Of a stretch of 64,000 nucleotides of DNA, positions 9,970 to 18,959 are shown piece by piece (position 1 is the stretch's first letter; each line of letters begins with the position of its first letter). The stretch comes from Candidatus Sericytochromatia bacterium (GTDB lineage Bacteria; Cyanobacteriota; Sericytochromatia; S15B-MN24; JAQBPE01). A program made the position numbers and the translations under genes. The stretch is from the NCBI GenBank assembly GCA_040400605.1, contig JBBAPZ010000003.1, forward strand, positions 1-64,000, in the 5' to 3' direction. The notes below the pieces were generated by a model that saw only the letters and a list, made by a program, of their open reading frames with translations, made no database searches and was not told the origin of the DNA.

Positions 9970-10135
9970 GCCCGTCGTCGTGCACCGTTTCATCATCGTG
10001 GGTGAATCGTGTCTGAAGCAAAAACCGAAAAAAGTAATCGCAGGCGCGAACGCCGCACCAAGGTCGCTCCTGCCTGATGTGATCACCTGGTTGTCAGTCA
10101 GTGTTTCAAAAGACTTTGTCAACTCGATAAGATGG

Positions 10136-10537
10136 ATGACGACCAGTACTGACCCTTTTTTGCTCGGCCCACGCGCGCCGTACACGACGTTGGATCGTAT
10201 GCGTGCGCTGACCTTTTGCTTGGTCCTGTACATACCACTGCCCGTTTGGGTCGTGTTCGGTAATATTTTCCAATTACCAGCGCGACGGTTGCTCGGAATC
10301 ATGTTCTTGCCACTTTTCATTATCAATGCGATTTTAAGCAGCCTCTTTGGCCCGGTGCTTGGCCCGTGTGCCAGCGCCGGGTTGCTGACGTTCCTGTTAA
10401 CCGGCGCCCTTCGATCATTTTTTGAATGGCACGAGCAACCCGTCACAGCATCCCTGGCTCAAACCATCATCGATGCGGGTGCTCGCGATTCCCGGAACAA
10501 TGTGCAAGTCCAGTTGCCATCACCACGCTCGGTATAA
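10136..10537 (+). CDS. Small hypothetical membrane protein
   Basis: 3' part of ORF 9866-10537 with about three hydrophobic segments; start uncertain. Confidence 0.5.
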   Translation: MTTSTDPFLLGPRAPYTTLDRMRALTFCLVLYIPLPVWVVFGNIFQLPARRLLGIMFLPLFIINAILSSLFGPVLGPCASAGLLTFLLTGALRSFFEWHEQPVTASLAQTIIDAGARDSRNNVQVQLPSPRSV

Positions 10538-10899
10538 GGTTCTCACGCCCTTCGCAAACCGCTGTTCCTGCTCATTCTTCTCCTGATACTTGCCCACGGT
10601 CTCGTGATCCGTGTGACAGAAACGCCGCGCGTGCGACCGGTACAAAGTAATGCCCTCTGACATTGAAGGACGCCCCGCCCTTTTGGGGCACCGTGACGCG
10701 CTCGACAGGTGTTCAGCACAGAACCTGATACAACACTGTTCCGTGCATCAAAGGGGGGATAAAATTTCTGCCGCTTCCGTGCAGCGAGACAACAACCAAC
10801 CAGCCCAGCGGATGACCCGGGACTTCAAAAATCCAAAATTCCAAGCCGGCATCCGGGTATGCTAAGCGCGTATCGCGGCACCCAGTGTGAGGCATCGCC

Positions 10900-12831
10900 A
10901 TGACGACCACCGAATCCTACGGCCAGGTTCCCCCCGCAGGCGCCCAGCAAGACGCCACAGCCGTGCGTAACCGGCCAGAGATGGTCATTCCGGAGTGGGT
11001 GCGTGCCATTCGCAGTCATTCGCAGTCGCGCAGCGCGCATCAATTCCTGTTGCACTTCAACATCAATGACTACATTCTGGATTACACGACCGTGCGGCCG
11101 ATCAAAGAATACCTCGTGCGCCTGCTGCGCGAGCACTTTTTGATCGTCACCTACTCGCTCTCAAGCGGGCTCGCCTTTCCTGGCGCCCGCGAAGAAGACT
11201 GGCACAATCCCCAAATGGAACAGGCCATGCAACCGCTCCTCACCCTCCGCGAGGCAGCCGCGAATGCACCACAGAACGCACGACCGGGACAATCGGACGC
11301 GCGCGAGTTCCGCGACCTGTCTGCCCGTGGCAAAGCCAGCCTGACCCAAGCCCCGGCGGATGCACTGCCGGCCGTCGAACGCGCGATGCGCCAGGACTGC
11401 CGACGCATGTGCGTGATTCTGGAATACGTTGAAAAACTCGCACCAGCCGGCAACGCCGATCGCGAACAACTGGTGATTATCGAAACCCTGCAGCGCTGGG
11501 CGATCGACCAGGAATTCTCGGAAAGCGGCCACCTCATCCTCCTGGTCGCGGCCGAACGGGCGCAGGTCGCCCCGTGCGTGGTGGGTGCAAACAGTGGCAC
11601 CGTGGACATTCAGGTACCCCTGCCAAGCGCGGAGGAACGCCGCGCCTTTTTGAACTTCCTGTATGACTGTCCGGAAATGAAAGCCCATCCCCTGCCGCGT
11701 GGCATGACACTGGATCGCCTCACCGGCCAAACCGTGGGGTTCTCGCTGCGCGACATCATGAACCTCGCGCGCACCTCGGTGGCCCGCGGGCAAGCGATGG
11801 ACTCAGACCTCATCACCGCGCGCAAGAAAGACATCATCCGGATGGAAAGCCACGGCCTGCTGCAAGTGGTTGAGACCCGGCACGGTCTGGAGACCATTGG
11901 CGGACTGGCGCACGTCAAAGAATACTTAACGGAACAAATCAGCCGCGTGCGACGTTTTCTGGATCTCTCCGCTATCGCGGATGAAAGCCAGCAAGGACGG
12001 GCTGCCCTCAAGCGGGCCCTGTCGCTTGTGCCACGCGGCGTATTGTTCGCAGGGCCGCCTGGCACGGGCAAAACCATCCTGGCAGAGGCCCTCGCCCAAG
12101 GCTCGGGACTCAACATGGTCAAGTTGCAGGATGTGCGCAGCATGTGGGTGGGCGAGTCCGAACGCAATTTGAGCAAGGTGTTTGATTTGTTGATTGCCTT
12201 GCAGCCGGTATTGGTGTTTGTGGATGAGATCGACCAGGCCATCGGTAGTCGCTCGGGTGGCGGCACGCAGGGCAGTGACGTGGACCAGCGCCTGTTCGGC
12301 AAAATCCTCGAATTCATGGGCGATGGCGCCAACAGAGGACGCGTCATCTGGGTGGCTGCCACCAATCGCCCCGACTACCTCGATGCCGCGATGCTGCGTC
12401 GCTTTGACCGGGTTATCCCCATCTTGCCGCCGGACGAGGAAGAGCGCGCGCACATCATCAAAAGCATGACGCTGCGCCTGGGCGTCACCCTCGCCCCCGA
12501 CACGGATGTGCAGGCGATCGCACGGGCCACCGATGGCCTGACAGGTGCCGGCATCGAGGTCATCACCCGCCGCGCAGCCGAACTCGCGCCTGACATCATC
12601 ACGACAGACGCCCTGCTTCAGGCCCGCCGGGACTACAAACCCAACCACGATCCCCAAACCTACGACCTCCAGTCATTGCTTGCCATGCAAGCCGCCAACT
12701 TTTATTCCACCATGCCCCGCGAGATGCCAATCAACCTCAGGCGCATCATGGAAGCCTGCCAGCAGGAACAATCCAGCGCACCCCTCGAAGACGCCATCCG
12801 CGAGCTCCAACAACGGCACCGCACCCTGTAA
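10900..12831 (+). CDS. AAA+ ATPase, Cdc48/Ycf46-like (degenerate first domain, intact second domain)
   Basis: Walker A GPPGTGKT, pore loop MWVGESE, Walker B VFVDEID, SRH AATNRPDYLDAAMLRRFDR; N-terminal half has a relic Walker B (CVILEYVE) and VPLPSAEERR. Confidence 0.92.
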   Translation: MTTTESYGQVPPAGAQQDATAVRNRPEMVIPEWVRAIRSHSQSRSAHQFLLHFNINDYILDYTTVRPIKEYLVRLLREHFLIVTYSLSSGLAFPGAREEDWHNPQMEQAMQPLLTLREAAANAPQNARPGQSDAREFRDLSARGKASLTQAPADALPAVERAMRQDCRRMCVILEYVEKLAPAGNADREQLVIIETLQRWAIDQEFSESGHLILLVAAERAQVAPCVVGANSGTVDIQVPLPSAEERRAFLNFLYDCPEMKAHPLPRGMTLDRLTGQTVGFSLRDIMNLARTSVARGQAMDSDLITARKKDIIRMESHGLLQVVETRHGLETIGGLAHVKEYLTEQISRVRRFLDLSAIADESQQGRAALKRALSLVPRGVLFAGPPGTGKTILAEALAQGSGLNMVKLQDVRSMWVGESERNLSKVFDLLIALQPVLVFVDEIDQAIGSRSGGGTQGSDVDQRLFGKILEFMGDGANRGRVIWVAATNRPDYLDAAMLRRFDRVIPILPPDEEERAHIIKSMTLRLGVTLAPDTDVQAIARATDGLTGAGIEVITRRAAELAPDIITTDALLQARRDYKPNHDPQTYDLQSLLAMQAANFYSTMPREMPINLRRIMEACQQEQSSAPLEDAIRELQQRHRTL

Positions 12832-13008
12832 CGCCTGTTCGACACTTCGCAAAATGACAGAGGCTCGAAGTGGTGATGACTGTTCGAGCATCATTTGTCT
12901 GCATGACGAATACACCCATTTTGCGGATCGAATATTTTTTATTGACAAGGCGATGACTTGGTTTTGAAATTCTCGTGCGGTGAACTGTCAAAAGCCCGTT
13001 TAGCCCCC

Positions 13009-14169
13009 TTAACCGCAGGGGGCGGATTCTCCCATACGCAATGGCAACCCTTGCGCATCGCAGGCGGCGAGCACCTCCTGCAACAGGGACTCATCGCCCA
13101 CAAAAGCCATCCTGCCCGTGTCTCGCTCCACGCTGATGCGCAAAAACTCGCCCTGGGGCCCGTGCCAGTCATAATGACGAAGGGGGCCGCGGGCCACTGC
13201 ATGGCTTGGGGTGTCAATCGCTTTGGCATGATCGAACGCATCCCCGCCCACATAAACGTGCGCAAGCCCCAGTGCCATGGCTTGAGCGGCCAGCGTACGG
13301 GCCACCGTGTCATCAAAAGAGGGCACGTGTCGCATCAGGTGTTGGGGGTGAAACTTGAGCAGGTGCCAAGGCGTCTGCGGACCGAGTGCGTCACGCACCC
13401 ACGTGGCCAAAGGGGCGATCGCCTCCCACGCCTCATGGCGCCCGGGCATCAACAAACTCACCAGTTCAACGTGACACCCGGCTTCAGCCGCCGCCAGCGT
13501 CGCCGCCCGCGCCACCGTGGCGCCATCCGACACCCCCATCTGCGACTGGTAATAAGCATCGTGCCAGTCTTTGAGATCCACCCGCCACACATCGAGGTGT
13601 TGCGCCAACACTCGCACCGTCTCAACCGGGTAGTAACCATTGGTCACCAGAACCGTGTAAAGCCCCCGTGCGTGCGCCAGGGCGTTACAATCCTGGACAA
13701 ACGGCAGCCAGACAGCCGCCTCGTTGAAACTCCAGGCCAAACCCTCGCACCCTTCAGCGATCGCTCGCTCAACCACCGCCTCAGGCGTCTTGACCATCGT
13801 CTGCTCCTTGATGGCTTGCACATCCGGCCGCACCCAGGCCCAGTGATGGTTCAAGCACCCCTTGCAACGCAAGGTGCAACCCAAAGTACCAAGCGTCAGA
13901 ACACGGGTGCCGGGTCGGTAATGGTACACAGGCTTCTTTTCGATGGCATCCACCGCCGCATGCACCACTTGGCCGTACAAGTGATTCGTCACCCGTCTCG
14001 GCTCCCCACCCAAGCCATAAGCCCCGCAAAATGCCTCGCGGCGCGACAGGTCACAACGCCTGGCACACGCCAGACAGACACTGCCAGAGACAAAAGCGCC
14101 ATTGCTGGGTGCATGTGGCGCTGGCAAGCGCTGATCCTGGTTGTGAGACGCCCAATCCAGGCTGCCCAT
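13009..14169 (-). CDS. Radical SAM enzyme, AmmeMemoRadiSam/PflX-like
   Basis: N-terminal CLACARRC..FCG, DAIEKKPVYHYRPG, CTLRCKGC (CxxxCxxC), SFNE and VTNGY motifs; AGGAG RBS. Confidence 0.9.
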   Translation of the reverse strand: MGSLDWASHNQDQRLPAPHAPSNGAFVSGSVCLACARRCDLSRREAFCGAYGLGGEPRRVTNHLYGQVVHAAVDAIEKKPVYHYRPGTRVLTLGTLGCTLRCKGCLNHHWAWVRPDVQAIKEQTMVKTPEAVVERAIAEGCEGLAWSFNEAAVWLPFVQDCNALAHARGLYTVLVTNGYYPVETVRVLAQHLDVWRVDLKDWHDAYYQSQMGVSDGATVARAATLAAAEAGCHVELVSLLMPGRHEAWEAIAPLATWVRDALGPQTPWHLLKFHPQHLMRHVPSFDDTVARTLAAQAMALGLAHVYVGGDAFDHAKAIDTPSHAVARGPLRHYDWHGPQGEFLRISVERDTGRMAFVGDESLLQEVLAACDAQGLPLRMGESAPCG

Positions 14170-14178
14170 GTGTTGCTC

Positions 14179-15546
14179 CTAACGCCGCGACGGGCCTTGT
14201 CGCTGGGCCTCGGCAGCGGGTTTGGCCGCCTGACGCACCGGCGCTTCCTGGGCGGCGCTATCACGCGTGGCAAACTTGAAATGCCGCTGGATGAAGGCTT
14301 CGCCCACCTTTTTTAACACGGCATCGATGGTATCAAACGTGGGGGGGCCATCAAAGATGATGCCCTCTGCCTCCATGTGCGCAAAGATCGTGCCAAGCAC
14401 CTCCGCGCAGGCTTCGCCGTGAAAGCCCTCCATCACATCAAAGTGCAGCTTGCCGCGCTCATCAACATTAAAGATGACCCGGCGTTTCTCGCTCAGATGC
14501 GTCGCTGCGATGCGGCGCTGGGTGCCAAGCGCCCCATCACTGATGACGGTGTAACCTTCTGCCTCCAGACCCCGCCGCAAGCTGGTGGCGATGCCGTTTT
14601 GCTGTGCTGCGGCAACCATTGCCTGCCCCTGTTGCAGCAGACCTGCCAGTTCGTCGCGCATGGCTTCCCACAACGCCTGCGACGCTTCCGGGTCGACCAG
14701 CAACGACTGGCGCAACGCGGCCATGCGCTGCTGGATGTCCATCCAGCCCTCCGGAACCGTTTCGGCAGCGCTGGCGCCTTGTTCGAGCATCGCATAATGG
14801 GCCTCGACCTCAGCAGCCAGTGGCGCGATCGCCTCATAGGCCGCCTTGATGCTCGCCTCGGACTGTGCCAGCACCTCGGCCAGCAACGGATAGGGGTCAT
14901 CGGATGACTCCTCCAGTGCCTGTGTCAGTGCCTCACGCACGGCCACCACGTGTCGGCTGGCCGCATGTTCCCGACAAAAAGCCGCCGCCGCAAGCAATAG
15001 TCCCGTGCCATCATCCCCGTCATCACCCGCATGGGACACATTGGGAAGCACCAGGGGTTGGCGATCGCCTGTGGCCGCTGCCGGGGTACGCAAAAAGTGG
15101 TCGACCTCATCCAGCAAGGCTTTCAAGCGCGCTGCCCCTTCGGCCTCCGTTCCGGCAGCGACAACTGGTTTGGGTTTTTGTGTTTGAGACGTGGCGCGCA
15201 CTGGGGGTGTCTGTTGCCGGAGACGACTCGCGGGTTGCGCCATGGCAGCGATCGCCTCACTGCGGCGCCTGGCCTGCTCGTCAAAACGCTGCTGATACGC
15301 ACCGAGCGCGCGTTCGTGCTCACGGGCGATCGCCTGTTGCGTCGCCTCGGCCAGGGCATCACCCGTGGCGATCGCCACCTTGGTCCCCGCTGCGGCGCCC
15401 TTCGCTGCGAGGATGACACCGTGATAAGCCACATAAGCCGTCCCCACCGCCACCGCACCTGTCACAGCCATCGTTGCCGCCCCGACAATGATTGGCGCAA
15501 GAATCGGTGCAGCAAGACCAACGCCAACACTGCCAACTGTACTCAT
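14179..15546 (-). CDS. Helical/coiled-coil protein with hydrophobic N-terminus and DUF2997-like C-terminal module
   Basis: GGAGG RBS before ATG 15546; Ala/Gly-rich hydrophobic N-terminus; C-terminal VIFNVDERGKLHFDVMEGFHGEACAEV resembles the DUF2997 pattern. Confidence 0.7.
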   Translation of the reverse strand: MSTVGSVGVGLAAPILAPIIVGAATMAVTGAVAVGTAYVAYHGVILAAKGAAAGTKVAIATGDALAEATQQAIAREHERALGAYQQRFDEQARRRSEAIAAMAQPASRLRQQTPPVRATSQTQKPKPVVAAGTEAEGAARLKALLDEVDHFLRTPAAATGDRQPLVLPNVSHAGDDGDDGTGLLLAAAAFCREHAASRHVVAVREALTQALEESSDDPYPLLAEVLAQSEASIKAAYEAIAPLAAEVEAHYAMLEQGASAAETVPEGWMDIQQRMAALRQSLLVDPEASQALWEAMRDELAGLLQQGQAMVAAAQQNGIATSLRRGLEAEGYTVISDGALGTQRRIAATHLSEKRRVIFNVDERGKLHFDVMEGFHGEACAEVLGTIFAHMEAEGIIFDGPPTFDTIDAVLKKVGEAFIQRHFKFATRDSAAQEAPVRQAAKPAAEAQRQGPSRR

Positions 15547-15692
15547 CCGTTCAACCCCTCCATACCGTGACGCATCAGTTTCTGTTCCAAACGTATGCCG
15601 CACACTTAAAAACAATCAGCACGCACGTACTGTCATGCAACAACCACCGACATGTGATCCCCAATCAACGCTTTTTTGCAGCGCCGGCTCGT

Positions 15693-16190
15693 TCACCACC
15701 CACTGCCTGATCGAAACGGCTTGACCCCCTGCTCCGCCTGCAAATCCTCGATGCGCTTGTTCAACTCGGCGATCGTGACACTGGCACGCTCATATTTGCC
15801 ACTTAAGTCCTTCAACTGTCGCTGGGTATCCAGCAACGCCGTCTGTGCGGCATCGAAACGCCGCTCGGCATCCAAAGCGCGCTCATCCCCCAACAGTTGC
15901 GCCGAATCCACCTGTTTGCGCAATTCTGCCTGCAACTGGCTCACCTTGTCATTGGCTGCACCCAGTGCCTGCGTCAGATGATCACGTTCGGCGCCGAGCG
16001 TCTGAACCTTTTCCTCCGCCTGAAGCAAGGCCCCCCGGGCATCTCGCGCTTCCTGCATCAAGGCTTGAATGCGCGCCTCGGCCCCCTGCATCGCAGGCGG
16101 TGCCGCAACCGGCGCATAGGCTGTTTGTGTCGCACTTCCTGCCGTATACGACTGCCCGTTGATTTTAAACACCCGCTTGCGCTCAGACAC
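15693..16190 (-). CDS. Coiled-coil protein
   Basis: GTG start after AAGGGGG; long heptad-rich E/Q/K/L helix; ends KPFRSGSGW. Confidence 0.8.
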   Translation of the reverse strand: MSERKRVFKINGQSYTAGSATQTAYAPVAAPPAMQGAEARIQALMQEARDARGALLQAEEKVQTLGAERDHLTQALGAANDKVSQLQAELRKQVDSAQLLGDERALDAERRFDAAQTALLDTQRQLKDLSGKYERASVTIAELNKRIEDLQAEQGVKPFRSGSGW

Positions 16191-16250
16191 GTTATCCCCC
16201 TTCTGCTCCCGGATGCTGAAGCAAGATTCCATCTGACATGTCCAGGTTCC

Positions 16251-17399
16251 TCACTTCATCACAACGACCGTGTAATCCTGCGTCGCATCGTCACCGGGCC
16301 TGTGTATCAAAAACGAATCAAGACCAGCTGCGAACTGCCCCCGTGGAATCGCGACGCAACCCGCCGGTACATCCAGCGTCTCGGCAATCCGCGGCAAAAC
16401 CCCAACGTGCAGGCGCGCAGACTGCCCCACCCGGGCCCACACACGCAAAGGCCTGCGGCTGTCCGGTCGGGTGTTTTGCTTGCTGAGCACATCCGCAACC
16501 GGCACATCAAAACTGATGCCCCCTGCGTCCGGATAGGTTGGCACGGAAAACGAAAACTGCGCAGGCCAACCATCCTCGGGGTGGTTCAAGACCACCGACA
16601 CGCTCGATTCTGTTATCCCTGGCAGGCGCACGCGAACCCGCTGATAATCGGTATCAAGGCGCAATACCTGTAAATCCGCCAGCGGCTCACCAAGCAGCTT
16701 TCCCCATGCCACCCATCCCCCAGCCAGAATCAGGCCCACGCTCACGCATCCGCCCAGCCAGCCAAGCAATCGGCGGCGCTCACGCTCCCCCCATCTGCCA
16801 GGCGACGCCACGCGGGCCCCTGTGCCCTCGCCTGCACGACGCACCGCCTGCGAAGCACCGGCATCCTGCGCCCCAGCAAGGAGGCGGCACGGGTCAAACA
16901 GTGTCTGGATGGCGCCCATCTGAGTGGGCCCCAAAGTGCCGGGGGCCTGCCAGTAAAAAAGGCCTGCCCGCTGCTGTTGGGGATCCACCACCAGTCCAAT
17001 CTGAAAGCCATTGGCCGAAAACTTGCCATGGTGAACCGCCTGGTCCGGCGCCGAAAAGAAAACGCCATGCCCCGGGTGGGTATGAAACCAGCCAAGACAC
17101 GTCAAGCCAGTGGGCGTTTGCCCCCTGGCAATCGGATACTCGTGGTCCAGCCTGACAAAAGCCTCGGCACGGAAAGTGAATTCGCGTTCGGTGGCCTTGG
17201 TATCCTCGATGGGCAGATACCGGGTCAACACGAGATGATACGCCGAATGCCCAAGGGGATAGACGTGGCCAAGCATAAAGCCGCCCACCTCCACGTTGGG
17301 GTTGTGCGTGGCGGCTTGCCACAACTCTCGGAGCAGATCCTCGGTGATTTGCACCCGCAACGGTCCGGCTCGCGGCAGTTCGAGTAGCTTTGGGGTCAT
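16251..17399 (-). CDS. JAB/MPN+ metallopeptidase with a central TM helix and C-terminal beta-rich domain
   Basis: EVGGFMLG..GWFHTHPGHGVFFSAPD (JAMM motif); TM LLGWLGGCVSVGLILAGGWVAW; ATGA overlap with the E2 stop. Confidence 0.92.
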   Translation of the reverse strand: MTPKLLELPRAGPLRVQITEDLLRELWQAATHNPNVEVGGFMLGHVYPLGHSAYHLVLTRYLPIEDTKATEREFTFRAEAFVRLDHEYPIARGQTPTGLTCLGWFHTHPGHGVFFSAPDQAVHHGKFSANGFQIGLVVDPQQQRAGLFYWQAPGTLGPTQMGAIQTLFDPCRLLAGAQDAGASQAVRRAGEGTGARVASPGRWGERERRRLLGWLGGCVSVGLILAGGWVAWGKLLGEPLADLQVLRLDTDYQRVRVRLPGITESSVSVVLNHPEDGWPAQFSFSVPTYPDAGGISFDVPVADVLSKQNTRPDSRRPLRVWARVGQSARLHVGVLPRIAETLDVPAGCVAIPRGQFAAGLDSFLIHRPGDDATQDYTVVVMK

Positions 17400-18052
17400 T
17401 GAAGCACCCGGTTGCCAATCGGAAAAACGTCCGGCAATTGAACCTTGAGCTCGCTGTACCACCGCGCGGCTTCTTTGTTGAGTTGATCCCGTGCATCGAC
17501 ATTGACGGACCCCTGCCCGATGAAGGCCATCATCGTGTAGATCCGCCGGATGAGATCGGCAAGGGATAGGCGGGGATCACTCCAGGCCACCTTGTCACCA
17601 TAACAGGCCTGCCCCGTTTGCCATTGCACGTTCGGATGCCAGATGCGTGTTTCAAAGAACACATCCGGTGCCAACGGCTTGTAGGGGTCCGCGTGCAGGT
17701 TCAGTCGCAATTCGATGGGCTCGGCTAAGGGATCGTTCGCTGCATCGGTCACCACCAATTCCCAATCCAGTGCCTGGGGTTTCAACTCAGTCACCATCCG
17801 CGGCAGATCATGTCGATAATGATGCGTGAGGCTGCGATCATTCACCTTCACATCCGTGATGGCCACACCGCGCAGTCGCAATGCGTAGCGCGTCGGACAC
17901 TGTTTGGTCACCGGGTCCAGGTATTCCAGGACACGAAACTCAACCTTGGCTTGATTACTTGCCGCATCAAAGTTGGCATCGCGCAATTCGCACAAGTGTC
18001 GCAGATTTTCACTCAACCGGCCTTTGAGCGCCGACTCCAGCGATTGCGTCAC
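17396..18052 (-). CDS. Ubiquitin-conjugating enzyme E2 (UBC fold)
   Basis: PDVFFETRIWHPNVQWQTGQAC (HPN-x8-C), WSDPRLSLADLIRRI and LNKEAARWY; GTGA overlap with the Ubl stop. Confidence 0.88.
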   Translation of the reverse strand: MTQSLESALKGRLSENLRHLCELRDANFDAASNQAKVEFRVLEYLDPVTKQCPTRYALRLRGVAITDVKVNDRSLTHHYRHDLPRMVTELKPQALDWELVVTDAANDPLAEPIELRLNLHADPYKPLAPDVFFETRIWHPNVQWQTGQACYGDKVAWSDPRLSLADLIRRIYTMMAFIGQGSVNVDARDQLNKEAARWYSELKVQLPDVFPIGNRVLQ

Positions 18053-18336
18053 AGCAGCTCCCTCCCTGCAACGGTTGCATCGCTGGTCATCATGATCCGC
18101 CCACCGGCCGGCACCACCTGTGAAAGTACATCGGTCAGACCCAGTACCTGACCCTCATAACCCAGCAAATAGCGTCTTGGTTCGCCATTGAGCGTCGTGC
18201 GCGGCAACTGCAGGCCCGCAATGATGTTTTCCAAGGCCTCCTCGATGGTGGTATCGTCATCCATCTCGACCCGCTGTCGCCCCTGGACCGACGGTTTGAG
18301 ATCCGTATCCTTGATGTCAATCACATATTCTGGCAT
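18049..18336 (-). CDS. Ubiquitin-like (beta-grasp, YukD/EsaB-like) protein with C-terminal extension
   Basis: 95 aa; VEMDDDTTIEEALENII..LQLP..YLLGYEGQVL..DVLSQV..GGRIMM beta-grasp pattern; ends TVAG-RELL; lies between JAB and E2. Confidence 0.8.
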   Translation of the reverse strand: MPEYVIDIKDTDLKPSVQGRQRVEMDDDTTIEEALENIIAGLQLPRTTLNGEPRRYLLGYEGQVLGLTDVLSQVVPAGGRIMMTSDATVAGRELL

Positions 18337-18416
18337 GTTCAGCAGTCTCCTTTGCCAAGTGGTCTTATTCCCCACAAACCCCGCTTGATGACAGATTGTC
18401 CGGTTGCTTGAAACCG

Positions 18417-18959
18417 TTACCCGCCAGGGGGCGCAGTTACACCTGATTGACCGGCATCAATGCGGTATTGCCAGCCATCTGGCCAGGCGCCGATCCCAGT
18501 TAGCGCCACCGGCCACAATTCGCCTGGCGCACACACAAAGGCACCAACGCGCAACTGGATGGGATCAAGCACCCACGCCGTCGCCCACGGTGCCGCGTGC
18601 GCCGCGAATTTGCGCTGATGAAGATCCCAGTCGGCTGCAGACAAAAACACGCCATGCCCAGGATGGGTGTGCCACCAACCAAGCAACTGCGAGTCGGGAT
18701 AGTGGGTTTCGATTGCCCAATAGGCTGCAATCCACGCCTCAGCGGGCAAAGTCTGGCTCACTGTCGTGGCGTCACGCCCCTGCAGCACGTAGCAGGCTTC
18801 CACATCCACCGTCTGAATACCAGCCACCTCCTGGATGACCCCAATCAACAGCCCGGTGGTTTCGAGTGGCGACGCGTCAAAAGCGGCCTTAACCATCGCC
18901 TGCCAGGCTGGCTCACGCAGGTGCCAGTGGTAAGGCAGTGTCGGATGTTTACATTCCAT
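18417..18959 (-). CDS. Stand-alone JAB/MPN+ metallopeptidase
   Basis: ETTGLLIG..GWWHTHPGHGVFLSAAD (JAMM motif). Confidence 0.92.
   Translation of the reverse strand: MECKHPTLPYHWHLREPAWQAMVKAAFDASPLETTGLLIGVIQEVAGIQTVDVEACYVLQGRDATTVSQTLPAEAWIAAYWAIETHYPDSQLLGWWHTHPGHGVFLSAADWDLHQRKFAAHAAPWATAWVLDPIQLRVGAFVCAPGELWPVALTGIGAWPDGWQYRIDAGQSGVTAPPGG

Noticed and set aside
9637..10005. A second functional recQ
   Set aside because: Only ~49 codons are homologous, the Walker A lysine is mutated and the frame ends shortly afterwards.
12958..14316. 452 aa + strand ORF and other long antisense ORFs (for example 40511-41587, 45430-46527)
   Set aside because: They are shadows of well-supported opposite-strand genes in GC-rich DNA and have no motifs.
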